DNA from: Actinomycetota bacterium
Lineage (GTDB): Bacteria; Actinomycetota; Acidimicrobiia; Spongiisociales; UBA5794
Assembly: GCA_034660035.1 (NCBI GenBank)
Contig: JAYEIJ010000011.1
Coordinates: forward strand, 3,425 to 39,861
Length of the DNA: 36,437 bases
Direction of reading: 5' to 3'
Shown in pieces: positions 10,150 through 20,616 of this stretch. The notes beneath the pieces were generated by a model. It was given only the letters and a program-made list of their open reading frames with translations, made no database searches and was not told the origin of the DNA. A program made the translations under genes and the position numbers. Positions within the stretch are counted from its first letter, which is position 1. Every line of letters begins with the position of its first letter.

Positions 10150-10216
10150 AGCTAATAGATATCAAATAACATCAGGTAACGTCAAGAGGTACGAACAAGG
10201 TCGCGAAACGTTCGCG

Positions 10217-11983
10217 TCAGCCGTCGACGGCGGAGCCGGTCTGGACTTCCCACAACGAGCGGTAGATCCCCGGGTGGTCGATCAGTTCGTCGTGCGTTCC
10301 CGATTCCACGATGGTCCCGGCGCCGACCACGTAGATCCGGTCCGCGTGACGGATGGTCGAGAGGCGATGCGCGATCACGACGACCGTCCGGTCATGCGCG
10401 ACCCTAGCCAGCGATCGTTGAATGGAGGCTTCCGTCTCGTTGTCGACTGCCGACGTTGCCTCATCCAGGAGGAGGATCGGGGACCCGGTGACAAGCGCCC
10501 GTGCGATCGAGAGGCGCTGCCGTTGACCGCCCGACAACTTCTGTCCCCGCTCTCCGACGATCGTGTCGTACCCGTGGGGGAGGGCTCCGATGAAGTCATG
10601 AGCTTCTGCCGTTCGGGCGGCGTCGCGGATCTCGAGGGGCGTCGCTTCGGGCCTCCCGTATGCGATGTTCTCTGCAACCGTTCCGTGGAACAGGAACACA
10701 TCCTGGGAAACGAGGGCCATGGCCCGGCGAACGTCGAACCGGCGAAGGGTTCGAAGATCGACGCCATCGAGCGTGACCGAACCGGTACTGGGGTCGTAGA
10801 ACCGGAGCAACAGCTTGATGAGCGTGGTCTTGCCCGAACCGGTCGGGCCGACGAACGCGGTTGTGCGACCGGCAGGGATATCGATCGTGACATCGTTGAG
10901 CACCGGGTAGCCGACGTCGTACGAGAACACCACCGAGGACAGTGCAAGCGATCCGTTGACCACTGCCAGGTCGCTGGGGCCGTCGACGAGGCGGGGCTCG
11001 GTGTCGAGCACCCCGAAGATCCGCTTCGAAGACGCCATCGCACGCTGGTACAGATCGAATGTCTGTCCCAGACGTGTGAGCGGCCAGAGGAGGCGCTGGG
11101 TGAGGAACACCATCACCGAGTACAACCCCACGCTCAGAGCGCCGTCGAGGACGAGGAAGCCACCCCAGACCAGGGTCGCGGTGAACCCGACGAGAATCGC
11201 CACCCTGATGAGCGGCGAGAACGCGGACGAAAGCCTGATAGCTGAGGCGTTGGCCACGCGGTATCGGTCGCTCTCAAGGGTGATCCGCTCTACCTCGCGG
11301 CGTTCAGCGGTGAACGCTTTGATCGTCGCGATGCCTCCCAGATTGTTGGCAAGCTGCGAGTTGATCGCTGCTGCCTGTTCCCTCACGACTTCGTACCGGG
11401 GTTCGATCCGGCGCTGGAACCGGAACGAGCCCCAGATGATGACCGGAATCGGCAGGAACGCGAGCCACGCAACCGTTGGGGCGATGATGAAGAACGCCGT
11501 TCCGATCAGGACGACCGTGGTGAACATCTGGATGACCTCGTTGGCGCCGATGTCGAGGAACCGCTCGAGTTGGTTCACGTCGTCGTTGAGCACTGCCATG
11601 AGGTCACCGGACCGACGATCTTCAAAGAAGCCAAGCTCGAGGTCTTGCATGTGCGCATACGAGTCGACCCGCAGGTCGTGCTGCATCGTCTGTGCGAGGT
11701 TGCGCCACGCCACGCCGAGGAGGTACTCGAAGAGCGATTCGAGGGCCCACACCACAAACGTGATGCCGGCGAGCACGACCAACTGCGTGCGCGGATCCGC
11801 GATCCCCAGCGAAGCCAGGAACGAGTCCTCACGGCGCACGACGACATCGACGGCCATTCCGATGAGGAACGGTGGGGCGATGTCCATCGCCTTGTTGAGG
11901 AACGACCACAGCGTGGCGGTCAGGATCCGACCGCGATACGGCCGCGCGTAGTTCCAGAGTCTGCTCAGAGGCGTTTCACTCAT
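10217..11983 (-). CDS. ABC exporter, fused permease + ATPase
   Basis: Hydrophobic N-half; Walker A GPTGSGKT, signature LSGGQRQR, Walker [16 protein letters not shown]. Confidence 0.95.
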   Translation of the reverse strand: MSETPLSRLWNYARPYRGRILTATLWSFLNKAMDIAPPFLIGMAVDVVVRREDSFLASLGIADPRTQLVVLAGITFVVWALESLFEYLLGVAWRNLAQTMQHDLRVDSYAHMQDLELGFFEDRRSGDLMAVLNDDVNQLERFLDIGANEVIQMFTTVVLIGTAFFIIAPTVAWLAFLPIPVIIWGSFRFQRRIEPRYEVVREQAAAINSQLANNLGGIATIKAFTAERREVERITLESDRYRVANASAIRLSSAFSPLIRVAILVGFTATLVWGGFLVLDGALSVGLYSVMVFLTQRLLWPLTRLGQTFDLYQRAMASSKRIFGVLDTEPRLVDGPSDLAVVNGSLALSSVVFSYDVGYPVLNDVTIDIPAGRTTAFVGPTGSGKTTLIKLLLRFYDPSTGSVTLDGVDLRTLRRFDVRRAMALVSQDVFLFHGTVAENIAYGRPEATPLEIRDAARTAEAHDFIGALPHGYDTIVGERGQKLSGGQRQRLSIARALVTGSPILLLDEATSAVDNETEASIQRSLARVAHDRTVVVIAHRLSTIRHADRIYVVGAGTIVESGTHDELIDHPGIYRSLWEVQTGSAVDG

Positions 11984-12028
11984 GTCCAGCGAGGCTACCC
12001 GGCCGGACGAATCTAGGACTGCGAAGTC

Positions 12029-14548
12029 CTATCCACTCGGCGGGCTGACGGCTGCGGTCGGCTGAGTGCCGACGATCACCTTGATCGAATCCCCTTCAGT
12101 GACGACGGAACCGGGAGGAGGCTCGGTTCTTACCACGATGCCCCAGAGCTCGGCGTTCTCGACGGCGAGATACTCGACGGACCAGTCGAGCCGGATGCCG
12201 GTCTTGCTTTCGAAGTCCTGGAGTGCCGCGGTGACATCGTCCAGCGGTAGGCCGAGGAGATCGGGGGCGAGGATCACCGGCGGGACACCGGTTGACACGA
12301 GGACGGTCACTGACGCGCCTTGCTGGAGGGAGGTCCCGGCTCGTGGGGAGATGCTCAAGATCCGCCCTTTGGGTTCGGCGGAAGCCTTATCGACCACGTT
12401 GAGGCGGAGGCCTACGCCGTAGACCGCGTCGGCCATCTCCTTGAGGCTCATCCCGCTGAGGTCGGGTACTTCGGTTCTGGGCACGATCCGGTACACGTCG
12501 GCGCCGACCGGTTCTTCGGCGAAGTCAAGCGCGGGCAGATCACGGGTCGCGTATTCCATGAACTGTTTCCAGACCGGGGCGGCGACCGTGCCGCCGAACG
12601 CACGCTTCACGGACTGCTCCTCACCTTCCGCGTCGTTCCAGATCGTGAATCGCTCCATCGGGAGTGGGCGATCCGCGTATCCAACCCACACCGTTGTCGT
12701 GAGTTGAGGGACGAAACCTGCGAACCACACGTCAGTGTGATCGGTAGCAGTTCCGGTCTTTCCTGCTTGTGGCCGACCGATGTCGGCGCGCCTACCGGTA
12801 CCTTGCGACACGACCTTTTCGAGTGTGCTCACAACGACGGAGCCGATCGCACGCGAGAGGACGCGTTCTGACTCGATCTGATGATCGTAGATCACGTTGC
12901 CGGCGCTATCGGTGATTCGCTCCACGAGGTACGGCTCTACTCGATACCCGTAGTTGGCGATCGTCGAGTATGCCGATGCCATCTCAAGCGGACTGACGGA
13001 CGCGGCCCCGAGGGTGATCGAGTGGAACGGCTTGAGATACTGGGACGTGATCCCGAGCCGTCTGGCCGTGTCGACCACGGCGGCGGGTCCGATCGCATCG
13101 ATGAGCCGTGCGTAGACCGTGTTCGTCGAGTTGTAGGTCGCCGATTCGAGCGACTGGAGATCGTGTCCTGCATTGCCGCCGGCGTTCTCGACGGTCCACG
13201 TGTTCCCATCGGCAGAACACGGATACCCGCAATCGATGACAACGGGACTCGACCGGTCCCACATCGATGCGAGCGTCACAGGGCGGCCATCGAGATACCC
13301 GCTTTCGAGGGCGGCTGTGAGCGTGAACGGTTTGAACGCTGACCCGGCGTTCCGGGCGCTCCCGGTAGCAAGATCGTACGGGCGTTCCCCGGCTTCGAGG
13401 TTGTCCCCGTAGTCGATTCCGGACGCCACAACACGTATCGCTCCCGTCGTGTTGTCAACGGTGGCGATCGCACCGGTTGGTCCGTCGTACTCGGGACGGA
13501 ACCAGGATCGAAGGATCCGATTCGCCTCCGTCTGGAGGTCGTAGTCGACGGTGATGTCGATCTGGAGACCGCCACCGCCCGAACATGTCGTATCGGCGGC
13601 CGGGCAGCCGAAGAGCGCCCGCTTCCGCTCCTCATACGAATCTCCGAGTCCGTATTCATCGGAGTCGAGCAGTTGCTGGCGCACAGCGAGTATCACCAGG
13701 GGGTCCAGTTCTTCACGCACCGAGTGCGGGACGACGCCCAGTGGCGTGTTCTTCGCCGCTTCGCCTTCCTGCGCGGTCGTGAGCCCGTTGGACACCATTC
13801 GGTCGATGGTCTGGTTCCGAACGGCGATCGAGTTCTGGGGATTGTGCCGTGGGTGATAGAAGGTGGGGTTCCTGATCGGCGTCACGAGCGTCGCGGCCTC
13901 GGCAAGCGTCAGTTCGTCAAGGTCCTTGGCGAAGTACTCCTGAGCGGCCGCTTGGACGCCGTAGGCGTTCGAACCAAAGAACACCGAGTTCGCATAGAAC
14001 TCCAGGACCTGATCTTTCGTGTAACGGCGCTCGAGTTCGGCGGCAACCTGGGCCTCGCAGATCTTGCGCTCGAGGGTTCGATCGGCGGTGAGGAAGTTCT
14101 GTTTCACGACCTGCTGCGTGATCGTCGAGGCTCCGGTCTCGCCGCCACCGATCGCCGCTCTCACGATCGCCTTGAAGTCAACGCCCTCGTGTTCGTAGAA
14201 GGCCTTGTCTTCAGCCGAGAGTAAGGCACCGATTACCAGGTCCGGAATCTCGTCGAGTGGGATCGGCTGGCTGTTGCGTTCCGACAACTTGCCGAGTTCG
14301 ACACCGTCCGCTGTGGTCACACTCGACAGGCGTGATATGTCGGGGAAGGAGAGATCCATGGTCGAAGCATCACAGAAGTACTGATCCTCGAGGTCCTCAA
14401 CAGTTCCGAGCGCGGAGTTGGAACCCAGAAAGGCGAACAGCCCCAACCAGCCCGCTCCAACGACTGTGATAACCGCGAGGAGGATCAGACCGGGCAGACG
14501 CCGGCGCCGCCGGTCGTGCCGGTGAGCTTCATGGATGTTCGAATCCAT
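12029..14548 (-). CDS. Class A penicillin-binding protein with C-terminal PASTA-like domains
   Basis: TM after RRRRR; TG motifs EDKAFYEHEGVD, GASTITQQ, RKICE; TP motifs SAFK, STN, KTGT; VPDLSG / APDLLG repeats. Confidence 0.93.
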   Translation of the reverse strand: MDSNIHEAHRHDRRRRRLPGLILLAVITVVGAGWLGLFAFLGSNSALGTVEDLEDQYFCDASTMDLSFPDISRLSSVTTADGVELGKLSERNSQPIPLDEIPDLVIGALLSAEDKAFYEHEGVDFKAIVRAAIGGGETGASTITQQVVKQNFLTADRTLERKICEAQVAAELERRYTKDQVLEFYANSVFFGSNAYGVQAAAQEYFAKDLDELTLAEAATLVTPIRNPTFYHPRHNPQNSIAVRNQTIDRMVSNGLTTAQEGEAAKNTPLGVVPHSVREELDPLVILAVRQQLLDSDEYGLGDSYEERKRALFGCPAADTTCSGGGGLQIDITVDYDLQTEANRILRSWFRPEYDGPTGAIATVDNTTGAIRVVASGIDYGDNLEAGERPYDLATGSARNAGSAFKPFTLTAALESGYLDGRPVTLASMWDRSSPVVIDCGYPCSADGNTWTVENAGGNAGHDLQSLESATYNSTNTVYARLIDAIGPAAVVDTARRLGITSQYLKPFHSITLGAASVSPLEMASAYSTIANYGYRVEPYLVERITDSAGNVIYDHQIESERVLSRAIGSVVVSTLEKVVSQGTGRRADIGRPQAGKTGTATDHTDVWFAGFVPQLTTTVWVGYADRPLPMERFTIWNDAEGEEQSVKRAFGGTVAAPVWKQFMEYATRDLPALDFAEEPVGADVYRIVPRTEVPDLSGMSLKEMADAVYGVGLRLNVVDKASAEPKGRILSISPRAGTSLQQGASVTVLVSTGVPPVILAPDLLGLPLDDVTAALQDFESKTGIRLDWSVEYLAVENAELWGIVVRTEPPPGSVVTEGDSIKVIVGTQPTAAVSPPSG

Positions 14549-14649
14549 CGTGTAACACACGCTTCCGCTTGCGGACGAGTTCCCGCAGGTAGCATCGAAC
14601 TCGCGAAAAGCATAGGAACAGACTCCCGATAGACCCTGGATCCCCACAT

Positions 14650-16206
14650 ATGAACGAATCAACCCCGGCGGAGTACGGCCCTGATGATCTACCCGACTGG
14701 GACCCGGGTGAGGAACTCGGGTCATCCGGGTCCTATCCGTACACTCGCGGCCCTTATCGATCGATGTACACGGAGCGCCTCTGGACCATGCGCCAGTACG
14801 CGGGATTCGGTGACGCGAAGTCGACGAACGAACGGTTCAGAAGGCTCCTCGCGGCAGGGCAGACCGGACTCTCGGTAGCTTTCGATCTCCCGACGCAGAT
14901 GGGGCTCGACTCTGATGACGAGATGGCCGCCGGCGAGGTCGGCAAGGTCGGCGTCGCAGTTGATTCCATCGAAGACATGCGAGCGCTGTTCGATCGGATC
15001 CCCCTCGACGACGTCACCACTTCGATGACGATCAACTCGACGGCACCGATCCTCCTGCTGCTCTATCAACTGGTCGCCGAAGAGCAGGGGGTGGCGGCTG
15101 ATCGCGTGCGCGGAACGATCCAGAACGACATCCTGAAGGAGTACATCGCTCGCGGCACCTACATCTATCCGACGGCCCCTTCGATGCGACTGGTCACCGA
15201 CGTGTTCTCATACTGTGTCGATGAACTGCCGAACTGGAACACGATCTCGATCAGCGGCTACCACATCCGCGAAGCCGGATCAACCGCCGCCCAGGAGATA
15301 GCGTTCACCATCGCCAACGGACTCGCGTACATCGACGCTGCGAAGCGGGCCGGTCTCGACGTCGATGTCTTCGCTCCGCGGTTGTCGTTCTTCTGGAATT
15401 CACACAACGATGTCTTCGAAGAAGCCGCGAAGTTCCGGGCCGCTCGTCGCATGTGGGCTCGGCTCATGAGGAGCCGCGTCGGTGCGACTTCGCCATCTTC
15501 GTGGAGGATGCGCTTCCACACGCAGACCGCAGGGTCGACGTTGACCGCGCAGCAACCCCTCAACAACGTGGTTCGGACGGCGTATCAGGCACTTGCTGCG
15601 GTCCTCGGAGGCACCCAGTCGCTCCACACGAATTCGTATGACGAGGCGCTGGGTCTCCCGACCGAAGAGGCCGTGATGATCGCGCTCAGGACACAGCAGA
15701 TCCTCGCCCACGAATCCGGCGTCGCCTCGGTGATCGACCCGCTCGCAGGGTCGTACTTCGTCGAGTCATTGACCGATCGACTCGAAGCCGAGGCCATGGA
15801 TCTCATCGGAAGGATCGACAGCCTCGGCGGCGCCGTGGCAGCGATCGAATCGGGCTTCCAGCAGCGCGAGATCGAGAACGCGGCATATGAGCATGCACGG
15901 ACTGTGGAATCCGACGATGCCGTGATCGTGGGCGTCAATCGCTTCCAGATCGATGAGGCCGGCGGTCACGAGGTGCTTCGCGTTGATCCCCGGATCGAGT
16001 CCGAACAGGTCGAGCGTTTGCGGCGACTGCGAGCGAATCGTGACCCGGGCGCCGTCGATGTCGCTCTTGAGACCGTCCGGCTGATCGCCGCCGGCGACGA
16101 GAACCTCCTGCCGCCTATGAGAGAAGCCCTGAGAATCGGAGCGACAGTGGGCGAAGTCTCGAACGCCCTGGCAGAGGTCTTCGGCCGATACCGCCCAAGA
16201 GCCTGA
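14650..16206 (+). CDS. Methylmalonyl-CoA mutase, substrate-binding (large) subunit
   Basis: [57 protein letters not shown]; no DxHxxG B12 domain. Confidence 0.93.
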   Translation: MNESTPAEYGPDDLPDWDPGEELGSSGSYPYTRGPYRSMYTERLWTMRQYAGFGDAKSTNERFRRLLAAGQTGLSVAFDLPTQMGLDSDDEMAAGEVGKVGVAVDSIEDMRALFDRIPLDDVTTSMTINSTAPILLLLYQLVAEEQGVAADRVRGTIQNDILKEYIARGTYIYPTAPSMRLVTDVFSYCVDELPNWNTISISGYHIREAGSTAAQEIAFTIANGLAYIDAAKRAGLDVDVFAPRLSFFWNSHNDVFEEAAKFRAARRMWARLMRSRVGATSPSSWRMRFHTQTAGSTLTAQQPLNNVVRTAYQALAAVLGGTQSLHTNSYDEALGLPTEEAVMIALRTQQILAHESGVASVIDPLAGSYFVESLTDRLEAEAMDLIGRIDSLGGAVAAIESGFQQREIENAAYEHARTVESDDAVIVGVNRFQIDEAGGHEVLRVDPRIESEQVERLRRLRANRDPGAVDVALETVRLIAAGDENLLPPMREALRIGATVGEVSNALAEVFGRYRPRA

Positions 16207-16210
16207 ACCC

Positions 16211-16376
16211 AGCTTCGAGCTACCAGCGACCAGCTTCGAGCTACCAGCGACCAGCTTCGAGCTACCAGCTTCGAGCTACCAGCTTCGAGCTACCAGCACG
16301 GACATCCATGAGTGCGAAGGTATCAAGAACATGTCCCGTTTTCGGCTGGTAGCTGGCGGCTGGTAGCGGGTGGCTA
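16211..16376. repeat. Two-armed heptamer array B: 12 AGCnnCn units on +, about 4.5 related units on -
   Basis: AGCTTCG/AGCTACC/AGCGACC at 16211-16297; 16344-16376 reads AGCCACC CGCTACC AGCCGCC AGCTACC AGCC on the - strand. Confidence 0.93.
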
Positions 16377-18119
16377 TCTAATCACCATCAGCACGGCGCC
16401 CGCTGTGACGGTGTCGCCCGGTTGAACGCGAAGGTCCACGATGTCACCACTGGAAGGCGCCTTGATCTCGTTCTCCATCTTCATCGCTTCGAGCACACAC
16501 ACCGGGTCGCCGACACGTACCGAGTCACCGGCCGAGTGGTGGACCTTCACGATGGTGCCCTGCATCGGTGAGGTCACGAGTCCCTCGCCGGAGCCGGCGG
16601 ACTGTTCCTTGTTGAGCTTCGGGGCCCTGCGCCGCGGTGACGGGCGCTGCCCCGATCCCGTCGAAGCGATGACCTGTGACCAGTACTTCACCTCGAAGCG
16701 TCGACCACCCACTTCGACGGTGATGTCGCGCTCTTGGAGTTCCTCATCTTCCGGTATCGCCGGTGAGGTTTCCGTGGCGAGATCGCTGAAGTCCATCGAA
16801 TCTTCGACGAGACGCGTGTGGATACTGCCGGCGGGGAAATCGGGACCCTGGAGAATCCGGAGGTGGGCGGGGATCGTCGTCTCGACCCCTTCGATCTTGA
16901 ACTCGGTCAGCGCCCGGATCGATCTGCGGATCGCTTCGTCGCGATCCCGTCCACGGACGACGAGCTTGGCGATGAGGTTGTCGTAGTACTGGGAGATGTG
17001 CGAACCCTGCCGGACGCCGCTGTCGACACGGATCCCGGGTCCGGCCGGCTCACGGTAGGTCGAGAGCTTGCCGGGAGCAGGAAGGAAGCCACGGGAAGGA
17101 TCCTCCGCGTTGATCCGGAACTCGATAGCGTGACCCGTCCGTTGGACCGAGTCGAACGAGAGGGTTTCACCGGCGGCGACGCGCAGTTGTTCCACGACGA
17201 GATCGACGCCGGTCGTTTCTTCGGTGATCGTGTGTTCGACCTGGATTCTCGTGTTCATCTCGAGGAAGAACAGGTTTCCGTTCGTGTCGAGCAGGAACTC
17301 GACCGTTCCGGCATTCACATATCCGGCAGCGCGCCCGACGGCAAGAGCGGCTCGCCCGAGTTCGGCTCGTTGCTCGTCGGTGAACGCCGGCGCCGGGGTC
17401 TCTTCGATGAGCTTCTGGTGGCGTCGTTGGAGAGAACAGTCGCGTTCACCGAGAAACACCCCGTTGCCGTGGGCATCGAAGATGACCTGAGCTTCGATGT
17501 GACGCGGTGTGTCGAGGTATCGCTCGACGTAGACTTCGGGGTTGGCGAACCAGGCCTCGGCCTCGCGTCTGGCTCCTTCGAACGCCGAGTCGAGGTCACC
17601 GTCTTCGCGTACGACCTTGAGTCCCTTGCCTCCACCTCCGTGGGCTGCCTTGATGGCGATCGGCCAACCGTGCTCGTCGGCGAATGCCTTGACCTGCGAG
17701 ACATCTGTGAGCGGTTCGGTTGTTCCGGGAACCGCCGCCACACCGGCCCGCGCGGCAGCGATCCGAGAGGCGATCTTGTCTCCCATCGTGGCGATCGCCT
17801 CGGGGCTGGGGCCCACCCATATGAAGCCCGCATCCGTGACCGATCCGGCGAAGGCGGCGTTCTCTGCGAGGAACCCATACCCGGGATGGATGGCATCGGC
17901 CTTCGATTCGCTGGCGATCTCCAGAATGCGACCGACGTTGAGATAGGACTCGGACGATGGCGCCGGACCGACGTTCCACGCCTCATCGGCAAGGTCGACG
18001 TGGACGGCATCGCGGTCCAGTTCGGAGTAGATGGCGATCGTGCGAAGTCCGAGATCGTGAGCAGCACGAATCACGCGGACGGCGATCTCGCCTCGATTCG
18101 CGATGAGAACAGACTTCAC
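16374..18119 (-). CDS. Acyl-CoA carboxylase alpha subunit (biotin carboxylase + BCCP)
   Basis: LIANRGEIA, HPGYGFLAEN, GGGGKG, ERDCSLQRRHQK, EMNTRIQVEH, biotinyl EAMKM; GTG 18119 preferred over ATG 18128, which overlaps a TAGGAT -10-like box. Confidence 0.94.
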   Translation of the reverse strand: MKSVLIANRGEIAVRVIRAAHDLGLRTIAIYSELDRDAVHVDLADEAWNVGPAPSSESYLNVGRILEIASESKADAIHPGYGFLAENAAFAGSVTDAGFIWVGPSPEAIATMGDKIASRIAAARAGVAAVPGTTEPLTDVSQVKAFADEHGWPIAIKAAHGGGGKGLKVVREDGDLDSAFEGARREAEAWFANPEVYVERYLDTPRHIEAQVIFDAHGNGVFLGERDCSLQRRHQKLIEETPAPAFTDEQRAELGRAALAVGRAAGYVNAGTVEFLLDTNGNLFFLEMNTRIQVEHTITEETTGVDLVVEQLRVAAGETLSFDSVQRTGHAIEFRINAEDPSRGFLPAPGKLSTYREPAGPGIRVDSGVRQGSHISQYYDNLIAKLVVRGRDRDEAIRRSIRALTEFKIEGVETTIPAHLRILQGPDFPAGSIHTRLVEDSMDFSDLATETSPAIPEDEELQERDITVEVGGRRFEVKYWSQVIASTGSGQRPSPRRRAPKLNKEQSAGSGEGLVTSPMQGTIVKVHHSAGDSVRVGDPVCVLEAMKMENEIKAPSSGDIVDLRVQPGDTVTAGAVLMVIR

Positions 18120-18316
18120 AGCGAGCATCCTAGGAGTGTGCCGAGCGATGCCGGGCAGTTGAGATGGGCAACATGCATTGCTCGACAGGCTCCTGAGAAG
18201 GCTGGAAGGGAACTGTCCGGTCGTTGTCAGTCCGACCCCGGCGATCGGGACAGGGTTACCAATGGCACCGGTATCTGAGGTGGGTTCATAGGCTGATGCA
18301 TCTCATGGGTCTCTCC

Positions 18317-18967
18317 ATGCGGTATCCCCGCCTCTTCATCGTGTTGTTCGTCGCGCTTGGTCTCACCGCGCTGCCGGCGGCCGACGCCTACGCCGTGGAC
18401 GCTGATCTCTACCCTGACGTGTCGTGGCAGATCGAGACGGCGCCCGACATCTTCTCGCACGCTTCGCTCATCACAAACCCCGCTGGCCGAGAGCGAGTCG
18501 TTGAGATGCTCGTCCGGCGCACCGATCTCGACCACGACGAGGCAGGCTGGTTCCTCGATGCCGTTGCAGGCCTCGTCGCGGCGGGCTTCCTCACAGAGTT
18601 CCTGCTCGAGGCCGAACACACAGCGATGATTGCGTTGGGTCCAGCGGAGGATTCCCTTTCCACCGGCCCCGTCGAGCAGTGGCGCCCTCTCGTCGAACGC
18701 TACTTCCCTCCGGAGTTGGTCGACGAGGCGCTGTCGATCATCGACTGCGAGTCGAACGGTGATCCCGATGCCCGCAACCCGAGGAGCAACGCCTCCGGGC
18801 TCTTCCAGTTCGTTGATCGCACATGGGGCCATTCGTCGGAACAGGCGGGCTTTCGGGGAGCGTCGGCGTTCTCGCCCGAAGCCAATATCGCCGCGGCCGC
18901 ATGGCTCGTCGACTACTCGCTCGGCGTTGGAGACTCAGCGTGGGCACATTGGACGTGCCGACCGTGA
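18317..18967 (+). CDS. Secreted lytic transglycosylase (SLT domain)
   Basis: Signal-peptide-like MRYPRLFIVLFVALGL..AYA; CESNG, ASGLFQF, PEANIAAAAWL. Confidence 0.82.
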   Translation: MRYPRLFIVLFVALGLTALPAADAYAVDADLYPDVSWQIETAPDIFSHASLITNPAGRERVVEMLVRRTDLDHDEAGWFLDAVAGLVAAGFLTEFLLEAEHTAMIALGPAEDSLSTGPVEQWRPLVERYFPPELVDEALSIIDCESNGDPDARNPRSNASGLFQFVDRTWGHSSEQAGFRGASAFSPEANIAAAAWLVDYSLGVGDSAWAHWTCRP

Positions 18968-19022
18968 CGCACGTACGAAGATACGCGACCATCGTCGTGG
19001 TCAATCTCTCTGGATGGTGTAT

Positions 19023-20573
19023 CTACAACGGGATGTTGCCGTGCTTCCTCGGCGGTGTTGCTTCCCTCTTGTTGCGCAGCATATCCAGGGCACGGATCAG
19101 ACGGGGCCTCGTCTCGCGTGCCTCGATGACGTCGTCGATGTAGCCCCTTTCGGCGGCGACATAGGGGTTGTTGAACCGGTCCTCATAGTCATCGACCAGT
19201 CGTCGGCCTTCGGCTTCAGCGTCATCAGCCTCACGCAACTCCTTGCGATGGATGATGTTCACGGCCCCTTTCGCTCCCATCACGGCGATCTCCGCGGTAG
19301 GCCACGCGAATGCGATATCGGCCCGTACCGCGCGAGCGTTCATGACGAGGAACGCTCCACCGTAAGCCTTGCGAGTGATCACGGTCACCCGCGGCACGGT
19401 TGCCTCTGAGAACGCGTAGAGGAGCTTGGCTCCGTGACGGATGATGCCCGCGTGTTCCTGCCCGACGCCGGGCAGGAAGCCTGGTACGTCGACGAGCGTC
19501 ACCAACGGGATGTTGAAAGCGTCGCAGAAGCGTACGAATCTTGCTCCCTTGGATGATGCGTCGATGTCCAGTGTCCCTGCGAGAGCCGCGGGTTGGTTCC
19601 CGACGACGCCGATGGTGTATCCATCGAGACGGGCGAACCCGACGATCAGGTTCGGAGCGAAGTGCTCGTGCACCTGGTAGAAATCTCCGTCGTCGACGAT
19701 CGATTGAACGACGTCGACCATGTCGTATGGCTGATTCGGCGAATCCGGGATGATCGTCGTGAGCGTCTCGTCCATGCGGTCGGGGCGATCGATCGGGGTG
19801 AAGAATGGAGCGACTTCCATGTTGTTCTGCGGCAGGAACGAGAGCAGGTAGCGGACCTCCTCCATCGCCGACCGATCGTCCGGAACCACGAAGTGAGTGA
19901 CGCCGGATCGGGTCGCGTGAGCGCGGGCGCCTCCGAGTTCTTCCATGGTGACTTGCTCGCCCGTCACGGTCTTGATGACCTCGGGGCCGGTGATGAAGAG
20001 GTGGGCCGTCTCTTCGACCTGGAAGACGAAATCGGTGATCGCTGGTGAGTAGACGGCGCCACCGGCACACGGCCCCATGACGATCGAGATCTGGGGGATC
20101 ACCCCCGAGGCTCGAACGTTCCGCTCGAAGATCCGTCCGTACCCGTGCAGCGACGCCACACCCTCTTGGATCCTGGCGCCGCCCGAGTCCTTGATACCGA
20201 TGATCGGGGCGCCGTTGTCCATCGCGAGGTCCATCACCTTGCAGATCTTGTCGGCGACAGCCGCACCGAGGCTCCCGCCATAGGTGGTGAAGTCCTCCGC
20301 GTAGACGAATACGTTCCGTCCGTCGACCTTGCCATAGCCGGTTATGACGGCATCGCCGAAAGGGCGGTTGTTTTCGATGCCGAAGCCCAAGGCGTGGTGT
20401 CTCACGAACATGTCGAGTTCCTGAAACGAGTCCTTGTCGAGGAGCAGGTCGATCCGCTCCCGCGCACAGAGTTTCCCGAGATCGTGTTGGCGGTCGACAG
20501 CGCGTTGATTGACCGGGGCAACGGCGTCCTCGCGGAGGACTCGTAGCTTCTTGATGTGATCTTCGGTGCTCAC
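19023..20573 (-). CDS. pccB: Acyl-CoA (propionyl-CoA type) carboxylase beta subunit
   Basis: ARERIDLLLD, DSGGARIQEG, GPCAGGAVYSPA, DVPGFLPG, RKAYGGA, RKHGNIPL; GTG start with GGAG. Confidence 0.94.
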   Translation of the reverse strand: MSTEDHIKKLRVLREDAVAPVNQRAVDRQHDLGKLCARERIDLLLDKDSFQELDMFVRHHALGFGIENNRPFGDAVITGYGKVDGRNVFVYAEDFTTYGGSLGAAVADKICKVMDLAMDNGAPIIGIKDSGGARIQEGVASLHGYGRIFERNVRASGVIPQISIVMGPCAGGAVYSPAITDFVFQVEETAHLFITGPEVIKTVTGEQVTMEELGGARAHATRSGVTHFVVPDDRSAMEEVRYLLSFLPQNNMEVAPFFTPIDRPDRMDETLTTIIPDSPNQPYDMVDVVQSIVDDGDFYQVHEHFAPNLIVGFARLDGYTIGVVGNQPAALAGTLDIDASSKGARFVRFCDAFNIPLVTLVDVPGFLPGVGQEHAGIIRHGAKLLYAFSEATVPRVTVITRKAYGGAFLVMNARAVRADIAFAWPTAEIAVMGAKGAVNIIHRKELREADDAEAEGRRLVDDYEDRFNNPYVAAERGYIDDVIEARETRPRLIRALDMLRNKREATPPRKHGNIPL

Positions 20574-20616
20574 GGTTCTCCCGGTAGTCTCATCTTCTGA
20601 CCATCGAGGTGGATGA

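Noticed and set aside
16211-16376. Repeat arrays as CRISPR
   Set aside because: Units are 7-8 bp in direct tandem with no repeat-spacer alternation, and no cas genes are present
18135-18316. c-di-AMP (ydaO) riboswitch upstream of the SLT gene
   Set aside because: Conserved ydaO sequence blocks were not recognisable by eye
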